In this document: piece by piece, positions 1 through 10,640 of the stretch
How positions within the stretch are numbered: the first letter of the stretch is position 1
Layout: the number at the start of each line of letters is the position of its first letter
Assembly (NCBI RefSeq): GCF_001194135.2
Contig: NC_068983.1
Coordinates: forward strand, 120,978,384 to 121,021,757
DNA length: 43,374 nt
Direction: 5' to 3'
From: Octopus bimaculoides
Taxonomy: Eukaryota
Translations under genes and position numbers: made by a program
Notes under the pieces: generated by a model
Database searches by the model: none
The model's input: the letters and a program-made list of their open reading frames with translations, nothing else
What the model was told of the DNA's origin: nothing

Positions 1-168
1 TCTAAATTCTCAGTATGTTGGACGTTAGAGAAAAAATTTGTAGTTTAGAATCAGTAGTTCTTTGACTGCTATTTCTAAATTCTCAGTATGTTGGACGTTA
101 GAGAAAAAATTTGTAGTTTAGAATCAGTAGTTCTTTGACTGCTATTTCTAAATTCTCAGTATGTTGGA
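1..168. repeat. 73-bp tandem repeat, ~2.3 copies (truncated by window start)
   Basis: TCTAAATTCTCAGTATGTTGGA restarts at 1, 74 and 147; copies are identical. Confidence 0.95.
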
Positions 169-228
169 GAAGCAACTCATGCTAATCCCTGTATATTTAT
201 GATATATATATATCTATATAGATATACA

Positions 229-300
229 TACACGACGAGCTTCTTTCTGTCTACAGAATACACTCACAGCGCTTTGCTTGGCTCGAAGCTCTCGTACAGA
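229..300 (-). mobile_element. Degenerate fragment of SINE family A 5' module
   Basis: CACGACGAGCTTCTTTCTGTCTAC...CACTCACAGCGCTTTGCTTGGCTCGAAGCT resembles the reverse complement of family A (TACGACGGGCTTCTTTCAGTTTCCGTCTACC...). Confidence 0.45.
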
Positions 301-455
301 GGTCCTCCAACTTTTGGGGCCACCGCCACCCCTCATGGCCACATAATACCATCGATTACCCCACCCCTGTTTTTATGTATAGATAAAAATTTTATATTTT
401 ACTAATTTATATATACTATGAATCATTTTGATATATATATAGAGAGAGAGAGAGA

Positions 456-855
456 GGCGCAGGAGTGGCTGTATGGTAAGTAGCTTTCTTACCAACTACA
501 TGGTTCCGGGTTACTTCCCACTGCGGGGCATCTTGGGCAAGTTTCTTCTACTATAACCGCAAGCTGACCAAAGCCTTGTGAGTGGATTTGGTAGACGGAA
601 ACTGAAAGAATCCCGTCGTATATATATGTGTGTATATGTGTGTTCGTATGTATGTGTGTCTGTGTTTGTTCCCCCCATCGCTTGACAACCGATGCTGGTG
701 TGTTTACGCCCCCGTAACTTAGCGGTTCGGCAAAAGAGAGCGATTGAATAAGTACTAGGCTTACAAAGAAAAAGTCCTGGGATCGATTTGTTCGACTAAA
801 GGCTGTGCTTACTCCACAGTGAAATGATTGAAACAAATAAATGAGTAAAAGAGTA
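456..855 (+). mobile_element. SINE family A (tRNA-like head, CORE-like box, internal microsatellite, 3' module)
   Basis: A-box-like TGGCTGTATGG, B-box-like GGTTACTTCC, CORE-like GGCATCTTGGGCAAG, internal (TA)/(TG) run, tail AAAAGAGTA; collinear with copies at 6421, 7640, 13129, 34987. Confidence 0.9.
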
Positions 856-1245
856 ATAAGAGATTATATATACACACTCGCGCTCGCACACATAGCGCCT
901 TGTAATTAGAATTATCAAATACTTTATTTGTGTTTTTCACGATTAATGGGTTTTTTTTTTAATAATTGATAACCCTCTGTGTCGAAATCCTGGTGACGCC
1001 CATGTTTATTTCCGTTTCAATTTCCACTGCAACGTTGTGACTTAAATTTAATTTAATTTAATTTCATGTTGAGCTCTTTCATGTTAAATAACTTGTGTCT
1101 TTTGGGTTGTTTGGGGAGTATATTTTTTTTTTACACATGATTTTATGAATGCGTGTCGATTGCATATATACATACGCATGACCGCACACATAAGCATACA
1201 CACGTATGAGCGGTCATACGTACATACAAGCTATACACACACATA

Positions 1246-1250
<5 letters not shown>

Positions 1251-1326
<76 letters not shown>
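1251..1326. repeat. (TA)n microsatellite; its last TA is the Tc1 target site
   Basis: Near-uninterrupted AT dinucleotide run directly abutting the Tc1 terminus. Confidence 0.95.
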
Positions 1327-2545
1327 CAGGGGTTGGACAAAATAATGGAAACACCTTAAAATTTCAAACAAATTTATTTTAACATGGGGTATGACTGCCT
1401 TTAGCAGTAATTACAGTTTGAATTGTACGAGTTATGGACTCGTACAAAATTTGAATTGTTTCCAAAGGAATTTTGTCCATTCTTCAGCTAAAACAGCCTC
1501 CGGTTCATGTAATGATGATGGTGGAGGATATCGACTCTTTACTTGTTTTTCTAAAATGCACCATAAATGTTCAATAATATTGAGATCTGGGGACTGTGCT
1601 GGCCAGATAAGATGTTCAACTTCACTAGAATGTTCCTCGTGCCATTCAGTAACAATTTTAGCTGTGTGAATTGGTGCATTATCATCCTGAAAGTTTGCGT
1701 TTCCCTCCGAAAACAGTTCCGCAACCACAGGATGAATTTGAACAGCTAAAATGCTTAAATAGTTTTGACTATTAATTCTGCCATGAAGGGAAACCATTGA
1801 ACCGGCGTATTTCCAAGATACAGCCCCCCAGATCATCACAGTTCCTTCTCCATGTTTAACAGTTGGAAGAAGGCAGCCTGGGTTAAATGCTTCTTTTGGT
1901 TGTCTCCACACATATACTCTGCCGGAGGTCGAAAATAAGGTAAAGGATGACACGTCTGAGAAAATAACATTCTCCCACTGCTCTAGGGACCAATTCTGTA
2001 GGTTTTTACTCCACTCTAAACGCTTGGCAACGTTTGTTTTTGAAAGTAGTGGTTTTCTGATTGCAGCCCTCCCGTGAAATCCGGCTTTGTGCAGCTCCCG
2101 GCGAACAGTTTTTGTGGAAACTGTATTCTTAAGATGGTCATTAAGCTCTGCAGTAATTTTGGGAGCTGTACTTGTGTGCTCCTTTCTAACAATTTGCGTA
2201 AGAGTCCGACGGTCCCTATCTGACAGTTTTGTTTCGATGAGGAGGTTTTTCCCTCTTTCTCAAAGGCTGTCATTACTTTCGAGACAATACTTCTTGATCC
2301 ACCAAACATTTCGGCTGTTTTCGTTACGCTAGTGCCTGCCATACGAGCACCAACAATTTGACCTCTTTGTAAGTCCGATAGATCTGTCATTTTAATGAAT
2401 TTTAATTACCTTTTTCTGATGATATCTGAAAAGAAACGGCAATTTTAGCAAAACATATTAAACATCATAATAAATCAAACAATATAAATATAAACAAGCT
2501 TTTGACGGTTTTTATAGATATTTCAAAATTATTATGCTATGATGC
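1327..2545 (-). mobile_element. Tc1/mariner-superfamily DNA transposon, one TIR missing
   Basis: TA|CAGGGGTTGGACAAAATAATGGAAACACC terminus at 1327; transposase on minus strand; no reverse-complement TIR found beyond ~2545. Confidence 0.9.
1379..2390 (-). pseudogene. Tc1-type transposase with two frameshifts, DD36E catalytic spacing
   Basis: N-terminal HTH (MTDLSDLQRGQIVGARMAG); frameshift near 2221; then RELHKAGFHGRAAIRKPLL, VIFSD, FQDDNAPIH, WPAQSPDLNIIEHLW; a second 1-nt shift near 1470 hides the C-terminus ending at TAA 1381-1379. Confidence 0.92.
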
Positions 2546-2646
2546 AAATTGTATGGATAATACCGTACTAAATTCTGGTGCCTCAACTTAAGTACCATAT
2601 TCATCTGAATCTAATTTTGTGCTGAACTCATCTACCATACATAAAG

Positions 2647-2696
<50 letters not shown>

Positions 2697-3221
2697 CTTT
2701 ATACAGTAAGTTTTAACTATTTTTCTAACGCGACTCTCTCTATTTCTATCTCCCCCTCTCATTCTTCCCTCTACTGTTCTTCGCCTCTACCTGTCACTAC
2801 TTCTCTCTCTCTCTATCTCTTGTTACTCGTCCTTCGCCTCTCACCGTTACTACTACTATCTCTCTCTCTCTCTCTCTNNNNNNNNNNNNNNNNNNNNNNN
2901 NNNNNNNNNNNNNNNNNNNNNNNNNNNNNNNNNNNNNNNNNNNNNNNNNNNNNNNNNNNNNNNNNNNNNNNNNNNNNNNNNNNNNNNNNNNNNNNNNNNN
3001 NNNNNNNNNNNNNNNNNNNNNNNNNNNNNNNNNNNNNNNNNNNNNNNNNNNNNNNNNNNNNNNNNNNNNNNNNNNNNNNNNNNNNNNNNNNNNNNNNNNN
3101 NNNNNNNNNNNNNNNNNNNNNNNNNNNNNNNNNNNNNNNNNNNNNNNNNNNNNNNNNNNNNNNNNNNNNNNNNNNNNNNNNNNNNNNNNNNNNNNNNNNN
3201 NNNNNNNNNNNNNNNNNNNNN

Positions 3222-3510
3222 NCAAGACATACACACTTCACGTCTGGCTGAACAGCCTTTTTGTTTGTTTATTTCACCGTTTCGTTTTCCTGTCTTGTTT
3301 TCCGTCCGCCACTACCCTCCACGAAAACAATTTAATTTGTGTTCGTGGGAAGAACCATTTTAACGATGCGTACTGCCTTAATTCTTCGAAACGCCGGAGT
3401 TTTAATGGTGGCAGCTGATGAAGGGGATGTTTCTATGTGGCCTGCTTGTTTGTTGCACCTTGTTTACCATTTTGTCCTTGTTCTTTTGCCACGTCATGTA
3501 CCCAGTTATG
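3222..3510 (+). mobile_element. Probable PLE-derived short element (pLTR-like) with hammerhead core nucleotides
   Basis: Contains CTGATGA, GAAAC and GTA motifs followed by a T-rich tail like the other PLE-derived tails here; family assignment is inference. Confidence 0.4.
3368..3427 (+). ncRNA. Candidate hammerhead ribozyme with non-canonical strand order
   Basis: GCGT-A|CTGCC (3368-3377), TCTTC-GAA-ACGC (3383-3394), GGCAG-CTGATGA-A-GGGGA (3410-3427): three helices can close flush on the core; competing folds exist. Confidence 0.35.
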
Positions 3511-3572
3511 TATCTATATGTACATGTAGATGAACGTATATACATACATGTACATATATATGCATATACAAT

Positions 3573-3717
3573 GTGGAAAAAATAGTACTCAAATACCAGG
3601 GCTATATTTTGCTGCTTTATTAAAAGCATCAAAAATCTAACCAAAACTGTCCGACGAAAGGGAACGTGAAACTCTGAGTTACAGTTTTTGTGACATTTTT
3701 GCTGCTTTTTAATAAAG
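3573..3717. mobile_element. PLE-derived short element: inverted tail fused to HHR plus tail
   Basis: 3615-3650 and 3681-3717 are imperfect inverted copies; same family as 3775-3908 and 39736-39886; ends in AATAAAG then a TA-rich run. Confidence 0.75.
3643..3688 (+). ncRNA. Minimal type I hammerhead ribozyme motif (U4C variant)
   Basis: AAAACTGT-CCGACGA-AAG GGAA CGT-GAAAC-TCTGA-GTT-ACAGTTTT: 8-bp stem I, stem II with one mismatch, near-palindromic stem III, GUU triplet. Confidence 0.7.
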
Positions 3718-3724
3718 TATGTGA

Positions 3725-3773
<49 letters not shown>

Positions 3774-3774
3774 C

Positions 3775-3907
3775 GAGTAAGCACATGGAATGTGCAACAA
3801 GGTGGAAAAAAGAGTACTCAAATACCAGAGGTAGAGTAATATGCTTTATTTAAAAGCAGCAGAAATATAACGGTTTTTTTGTTATATTTCTGCTGCTTTT
3901 AAATAAA

Positions 3908-3908
<1 letters not shown>
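3775..3908. mobile_element. PLE-derived tail with perfect 28-bp fold-back
   Basis: CTTTATTTAAAAGCAGCAGAAATATAAC (3844-3871) and its exact reverse complement (3881-3908), 9-nt spacer; embedded in (TA)n. Confidence 0.85.
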
Positions 3909-3943
<35 letters not shown>

Positions 3944-5500
3944 GCAAGTATATGAGAGATAGACATATTCTGAAACACATACTCATAATTTATATGCATG
4001 TATGTAGCGTACATGTACTTATGTTAACGCGCGCATATTTACATACGTGCACGTTTAAATATATAGACTTATCCATCATGGCTAATACGAATTAAATTAC
4101 AAATACACTTATATATGTGTGGAGAGAGAGAGAGAAAGAGAGACAGAGAATTTTACGTATACATAAGCAATATATATATGTGTGTGTGTATATATATATA
4201 TATGTGGGTGTGTGGGTGTTATATATATGTATATGGTTATTGATGTTTATTGGAGGAAAAAATATCGAGTTTTAAGCACACATGTTCACATTCCACGCAT
4301 CCCCGTCTCCCAGCCTCGCTCACAAACACACATTGAGGTTCAATCACATGCGTACATGCATATCTACGCGCACACATACACACTCACACTCTGTATTTCT
4401 GTCTGTCTCTCTTTCTCCCCCTTCTCTTTTCTCTCTCTCTTCCTCTCACTCACGCACAGAAGCTATACATACTCCTCGCTTGTGTATCAACAGTTGCTTC
4501 CAAATATAGTGTTGTCGTAGATATATTCTCCCATCGACTTCGTGGTTGACAATTGGCGCTTGTACAGAAGGCTTGCACGAAGGCTGGTGGTGATCGTGCG
4601 TGCATATGCGTAGAAATGTAACGACTTGTGATGTGTGTGTGTGAGAAAGAGAGAGAGAGAGAGAAAGTGTGTGTGTGTGTGTGTGTTAGAACATGGTGGT
4701 GTTTATGGTAATAGAGCGGGTGGTTCGAAAAAGTACGACATTGAGATAGAACATGTGAGAGAAGACGCAGAAGAATTGAGCGTATATGAATACTGGCTAT
4801 AGGGCTGTTAAGGAGATTATAAAGCGTGAGTGAAAGGAAGATAGAATGGGTATAAGAGGTATTAGAGGATGTTGTAGAACGTGTGTGGGTGTAAAGGAAG
4901 GGATGGTGGAAACTGTTAGTGCGAGGTGGTAAGGCGTAAGGTAACAACTATCAACAACATGAAAGGGAATAGGTGTGTGTGTGTGTGTGTGTTGTATGCG
5001 AGTGTGAGGAGCTGACAGAGCATCTGCGCGTAAAATGGAAAGACAGGAATGTAAGAATAATTGCAGTGAGCGTGTGTTTTTTGAGGAAACGGTGAGAGAG
5101 GTTGTGTAAGCATTTCAGAGAGAGAGAGAGTAGTGGGAACGGTTAGAGTGCAGATATATGTGTGAGATATACCGAAAGTAATCTGTTACATACAGTGAGA
5201 AATATGTATAGAGAGAAACAGATAACGAACAATAATGATTCGGGAGAAGAAGAAGTAGTAGGTTGGATGTGAAAAGTGTGTGTTTTGACAGAAAGTGAGG
5301 GGATCGGTAGATAGCTATAATGATAAACAACTCCCTGACCCCTTGCTTGGTTTATTGTTATCAACCGTAACACTGCTAAGCATGGTAACACTGCTTTGCT
5401 TTCATTTTCTCTCAGAAACTCCCTCCAATTTTCTTTAAACATATGGTACATTTGGCTGATTATGTGTCTAAACACACATACACACATGAACATTGACACA

Positions 5501-5582
5501 AGCGTGGCAGAATGGTTAAGAACTCAGATTTGCAATCACTAAGTCTCAGGTTCATTTCCACTGCTTGACATCTTGGGCAAAT
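5501..5582 (+). mobile_element. SINE head (tRNA-like plus CORE-like box) cut off by the next element
   Basis: GTGGCAGAATGGTTAAG...GGTTCATTTCC...GACATCTTGGGCAA, stops at 5582. Confidence 0.6.
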
Positions 5583-6152
5583 GGGGAAAGACTTCCGCCC
5601 TCCCCCATTTTCTTCCAAATTTGTTTATTTAAAAAATTTTTTTTTTGCTCCAAACCCCCGTTTTCCGATATGGAAGTTCCGGAAATTTGCCAAAAATCGG
5701 CATTGTTAAATTCTACCCCTCCCACCTCCAAATTCTTCAATTTTGACTTTTTTTTTCCAACACTAACCGTAATACCCCAATCCTAGGCCCTGACCCTAAA
5801 ACCCCAACCCTAACCATAACTACATAAATGTTTTGAAATTTCTGTCCGATCATAATGTACGTATTTTTCCGCATATTTAGAAAAAAAAGATTCTTAAAAA
5901 AAAATTTTACAAAAATTTTGGGAAATTTTTTTTAGAATTTATCTGTATTTTTCCACATATTTAAAAAAAAAAAATTCTGAGAAAAGTAAAAAAATAAAGG
6001 AAATGGAGATGGGGGTGGTAATTTTAAAATGCCGATTTTTGCCAAATTTTTTGCAGATTCGTATTCCCCGTAGCCGAAGAGGGGTGTTTGTGCAGAAAAA
6101 ATAAATTTTTTAAAAAGGGCAGTTTTGGTGGGGGGTGCATAAGTCTTGCCTC
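5583..6152. mobile_element. Non-autonomous fold-back DNA transposon with long imperfect TIRs and internal telomere-like repeats
   Basis: GGGGAAAGACTT...AAGTCTTGCCTC ends; inner inverted pair AAATTTGCCAAAAATCGGCATT / AATGCCGATTTTTGCCAAATTT; CCCTGA/CCCTAA/CCCCAA run ~5780-5820; flanks AAAT / AAAAT. Confidence 0.7.
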
Positions 6153-6420
6153 AAAATGGTTTGTACCATAACTTTCACATGATCCAAATCTTGTGAGTAG
6201 AACTTTGAGTTGACTGCATCTGCATTTCAAATGCACCCCCATCCCCTTTTACCATGTTGTTTCTACCAGAGGATTACTCCTAACAGCACACAGGTCTGTG
6301 GAATATTCAGCCATTCACTAATGCAATTAGCTTGCTATTCAGTTGATTGAACAAATGGAATATACATCATAAAAATTACTCTATATACACTCACATGTCT
6401 TTGTATGTTATGTATATATA

Positions 6421-6846
6421 GGCATAGGAGTGGCTGTGTGGTAAGTAGCTTGCTTACAAACCACATGGTTCCGGGTTCAGTCCCACTGCGTGGCATCTTG
6501 GGCAAGTGTCTTCTACTATAGCCTTGGGCCGACCAAAGCCTTATGAGTGGATTTGGTAGACGGAAACTGAAAGAAGCCCATCGTATATATATGTATACAT
6601 ATATATATATATGTATACATATATATATATATATATGTATGTATGTGTGTTTGTGTTTGTCCCCCCAACATCGCTTGACAACCGATGCTGGTGTGTTTAC
6701 GTCCCCATAACTTAGCAGTTCGGCAAAAGAAACTGATAGAATAAGTACTAGGCTTTCGAAGAATAAGTCCTGGGGTCGATTTTGCTCGACTAAAGGCGGT
6801 GCTCCAGCATGGCCACAGTCAAAAGACTGAAACAAGTAAAAGAGTA
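6421..6846 (+). mobile_element. SINE family A, full length
   Basis: GGCATAGGAGTGGCTGTGTGG...GGTTCAGTCC...GCATCTTGGGCAAG...(TA)n...GACTGAAACAAGTAAAAGAGTA. Confidence 0.93.
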
Positions 6847-7136
6847 ATATATATATGAGTGTTGTTTTATGGTTGAGTGGTGTGTTTAATTATAGTGAGA
6901 ATTCAGTTTCTTGTTTGGCTGAAAATCCAGCAAATAAACAGTCAGATATATCCATTTGTCTTTACTCTTTAACTGGTTTCAGTAATTCACTTGTAACCAG
7001 ATTGAGGTAGTGTTTTGAAAGGTTTTCATCAATGAAACCCATTCCCAGTAACTTATTTGTTTTTGTTTTTTTTTCCTTTTAAAGTCTTGAAAAGACAAGT
7101 TATAAAGAAAAACTAACAACAGGCACAGGGATGCAT

Positions 7137-7179
<43 letters not shown>

Positions 7180-7404
7180 TAATTATATACCATTTTAAAA
7201 ATAAATAAGGGTAGGCATTTGACTACAAAATACTACCTCAGGTGTTTCATCCAAGCCATACTAGTATAGAAAAAAAACAAGCAAAATGTGATGATGATGA
7301 TAAGAGATTCTCTCCCCTTCACTAGTAAAGTGTATGTATATATGTGTGTGTGTGTGTGTGTAATCCAAATAAACAAGTAAAATTAATGGATAAGAAGGTG
7401 TGTA

Positions 7405-7495
7405 CAAGAAATGTATTAGCTTGATGCTCAGTGAAAAGAGAGAGTTTGACATTGCGAGCTTGGTTCTTCATTGGAAAGGAGAAAGGGAATAGTCC
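7405..7495 (-). mobile_element. Decayed PLE-derived short element with eroded HHR (7444-7478)
   Basis: Minus strand CTTT-CCAATGA-A-GAAC CAA GCTC-GCAAT-GTC-AAAC matches the architecture of the 13002-13038 motif; shares TATTAG(C/A)TTGATGCTCAG with the 16 kb copy. Confidence 0.55.
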
Positions 7496-7565
7496 AAAGA
7501 AGGAAAAGAAATCACCAACAACGTATGTATATATATGTGTGTGTGTGTGTATGTATGTATATATG

Positions 7566-7604
<39 letters not shown>

Positions 7605-7639
7605 ATGCTGATGACTATATATATATATACAGTCGTATA

Positions 7640-8060
7640 GGCACAAGAGTGGCTGTGTGGTAAGTAGCTTGCTTACCAACCACATGGCTCCGGGTTCATT
7701 CCCACTGCGTGGCATCTTGGGCAAGTGTCTTCTATTATAGCCTCGGGCCAACCAAAGTCTTGTGAGTGGATTTGGTAGACGGAAACTGAAAGAAGCCCAT
7801 CGTATATATGTATACATATATATATATGTATACATATATATATATGTATGTGTGTTTGTCCCCCCAACATCACTTGACAACCGATGGTGGTGTGTTTACA
7901 TCCCCGTAACTTAGCGGTTCGGCAAAAGAGACCGATAGAATAAGTACTAGGCTTACAAAGAATAAGTCCTGGGGTTGATTTGCTCGACTAAAGGTGGTGC
8001 TCCAGCATGGCCGTAGTCAAATGACTGAAACAAGTAAAAGAGAAAGAGAAATAAAAGAGT
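7640..8060 (+). mobile_element. SINE family A, full length
   Basis: Collinear with the 6421-6846 copy, including the internal microsatellite. Confidence 0.93.
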
Positions 8061-8512
8061 CGTGCTGATGAATATGTATATATGTATATATATATACAAA
8101 CACACACACACACACCAACTAGAGTACCAATATTGCATGTACAAGAAAAGATTAAATTTCTAAACAAAGTTACAATCAAAAGTTTTAAAAGTTTTATGAT
8201 AACTTTAAAATTCCCACCCCTATCACTTACAAACACCTGAGATTAAACCACAAGGGTCTCAGGAAAGGTCAGTTAATCAATTAGTTCTGGTTTGCATTAA
8301 AGGGATTGTCAGGATTCAATTATTTACACTTGGCTGTTGAGAAAATGTAATGAGTAGCCAGTTCATGAATTATGTAAACAGAATCAGGATGGGTCTGACC
8401 TTATGCATGTGCCAGAAAAAGAATATGGCATGCCTAATGACAAAGGTACAAGTTTATCTCTGTTGCTGCATGTATCAGATGGAAAGTGGTAATGATGATG
8501 ATGATGATAATA

Positions 8513-8587
<75 letters not shown>

Positions 8588-9088
8588 NNNNNNNNNNNNN
8601 NNNNNNNNNNNNNNNNNNNNNNNNNNNNNNNNNNNNNNNNNNNNNNNNNNNNNNNNNNNNNNNNNNNNNNNNNNNNNNNNNNNNNNNNNNNNNNNNNNNN
8701 NNNNNNNNNNNNNNNNNNNNNNNNNNNNNNNNNNNNNNNNNNNNNNNNNNNNNNNNNNNNNNNNNNNNNNNNNNNNNNNNNNNNNNNNNNNNNNNNNNNN
8801 NNNNNNNNNNNNNNNNNNNNNNNNNNNNNNNNNNNNNNNNNNNNNNNNNNNNNNNNNNNNNNNNNNNNNNNNNNNNNNNNNNNNNNNNNNNNNNNNNNNN
8901 NNNNNNNNNNNNNNNNNNNNNNNNNNNNNNNNNNNNNNNNNNNNNNNNNNNNNNNNNNNNNNNNNNNNNNNNNNNNNNNNNNNNNNNNNNNNNNNNNNNN
9001 NNNNNNNNNNNNNNNNNNNNNNNNNNNNNNNNNNNNNNNNNNNNNNNNNNNNNNNNNNNNNNNNNNNNNNNNNNNNNTGATGATAATA

Positions 9089-9127
<39 letters not shown>

Positions 9128-9129
<2 letters not shown>

Positions 9130-9445
9130 TTATCTGTTGATAGAAAAGGTAAGACAACAAAAGAAAGAAAGAGACCTCGATATTATGTAAATAGAGGAAT
9201 TTATCTGTAAAGAATATGTGACAATTATTCAGTACCCATGATAAAATTTCGAGTTTCTGGATGCCGGAGCGGGAACCCACGCCGCCATCTCTTCAGTTAT
9301 CTGGCTTTTGAAGAATGCTATGAAAATGACCGTTAAACAAAGGGAAATTACTGTGTGGTTGACCGTTATTAAGACAAAAGAGCTATTAGAATGACCGCTA
9401 AGTGAGGGGAGGGAGTAAAGGTAAGGGAATAAAAATGTCCATAGT
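9128..9445 (-). mobile_element. PLE pseudo-LTR-like segment
   Basis: Holds an HHR-like motif and a T-rich tail on the minus strand; lies ~150 bp from a PLE RT remnant, in opposite orientation. Confidence 0.6.
9240..9301 (-). ncRNA. Partly decayed type I hammerhead ribozyme motif
   Basis: GATAA-CTGAAGA-GATGGCGG...CCGGCATC-CA-GAAAC-TCGAAAT-T-TTATC: 5-bp stem I, ~8-bp stem II with one mismatch, stem III and stem II junction damaged. Confidence 0.6.
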
Positions 9446-9589
9446 ATTCGCGTAAGTGCACCAGTCCATACATACACGTGTGCCCGCACACCCATGTACA
9501 TGCGCCTATATATATATATATATATATATACTCATCCACCCTCACTTGAAACACACATGTACTCACCCACATATTCGCCAAAAAAAAAA

Positions 9590-10296
9590 CATAATCTTCC
9601 ATGCTAGAAAGACATTATTCTTCAGCGAGAACGCAGAGTGGGTCAAGACTACCGATACAGAGGGTGCTTTCGATGTGAGCATGGGGTCATATTAAGGAGT
9701 AGGCATATGCGATCTTATTGGACTATTCCTACTCGATACGTTGGGCAAGGCTTTTCCTGACGTATACTTCGCAATTTACAAAGATAGATAATGCCCTAGC
9801 TTTAACCACAAATACCAATGGACCAGCACAGGATCGGTTTAGGAAGGATATTATCCATTTGATGAAAACTTTCGGCCTTAGCATAACTAGATATCCACCT
9901 GACGGTTGTCAATTTCCTAGATGTACCCTTAGATCTATATAAGAATATTTATAAACATTATAGGAAGCCCAACGATAGACTTAGTTATATCAATGTGGGG
10001 TCCTGCCCACATAATGTTTATAAATTTAGTTAAAAACATTAGCAAAAGAATTTCTAGCCTCTCCTCCGATAGGGATATTTTTAATAGCGTTGCCCAAGTA
10101 TATAATAAGGCTCTAAAAGATAGTGGTTTTAACGAGGAAATAACCTATACACCTGTCACCGGTTCAATAATAAAGAAAAGAAAACAGAAATAGGAAAACT
10201 ATCAGGTTCACACCCCGCTACTCACCTGAAGTGACCTTTAATATATGCAAGTATTTCTTAGCACTGATAGATAGACATTTTCCAGTCAACCATAGT
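9590..10296 (+). pseudogene. Penelope-like retroelement reverse transcriptase remnant (Neptune-like), runs into a gap
   Basis: Broken frames give HARKTLFF...WVK...FDVSMGSY, ICDLIGLFLL...AIYKD (YRDD position), NISKRISSLSSDRDIFNS...YNKALKDSGF and ...KYFLALIDRHFP, all typical of PLE RT and thumb regions. Confidence 0.88.
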
Positions 10297-10415
10297 NNNN
10301 NNNNNNNNNNNNNNNNNNNNNNNNNNNNNNNNNNNNNNNNNNNNNNNNNNNNNNNNNNNNNNNNNNNNNNNNNNNNNNNNNNNNNNNNNNNNNNNNATAT
10401 CATATGTCATATATG

Positions 10416-10640
10416 ATCATCATTAACATTTAATGTCCATCTTCCATGCCGGTATAGGTTGGAAAGTTTGGCAGGTTTGAGGAATGTATCAGTTTTCATT
10501 GTTTGCTTTGCCATGTTTTCTATGTCTGGATGCATTTCCTAATGTCCACTACAGAGTATCATCATCATCATCATCATCATCATACGTCCGTTTTCTATGC
10601 TGGCATGGGTTGGATAGCTTGACAAGAACTATTAAGGCAG
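10416..10640 (-). mobile_element. Two diverged 3'-end fragments of family C/D retroposons
   Basis: (CAT)n followed by TTAATGTCCATCTTCCATGC...GGTTGG and ACGTCCGTTTTCTATGCTGGCATGGGTTGG. Confidence 0.6.

Noticed and set aside
5780-5820. Telomere or chromosome-fusion relic
   Set aside because: Only a few degenerate units, and they sit inside a TIR element.
7003-7011. TGAGGTAGT, the let-7 5' end
   Set aside because: Match stops after 9 nt and there is no precursor hairpin.
8366-8445. Exon-like open stretch ending AAAG|GTACAA
   Set aside because: Poor acceptor and no recognisable protein similarity.
8505-9130. Same GATGATAATATG(TG)n(TA)n sequence on both sides of a gap
   Set aside because: Typical unmerged contig overlap at a microsatellite.
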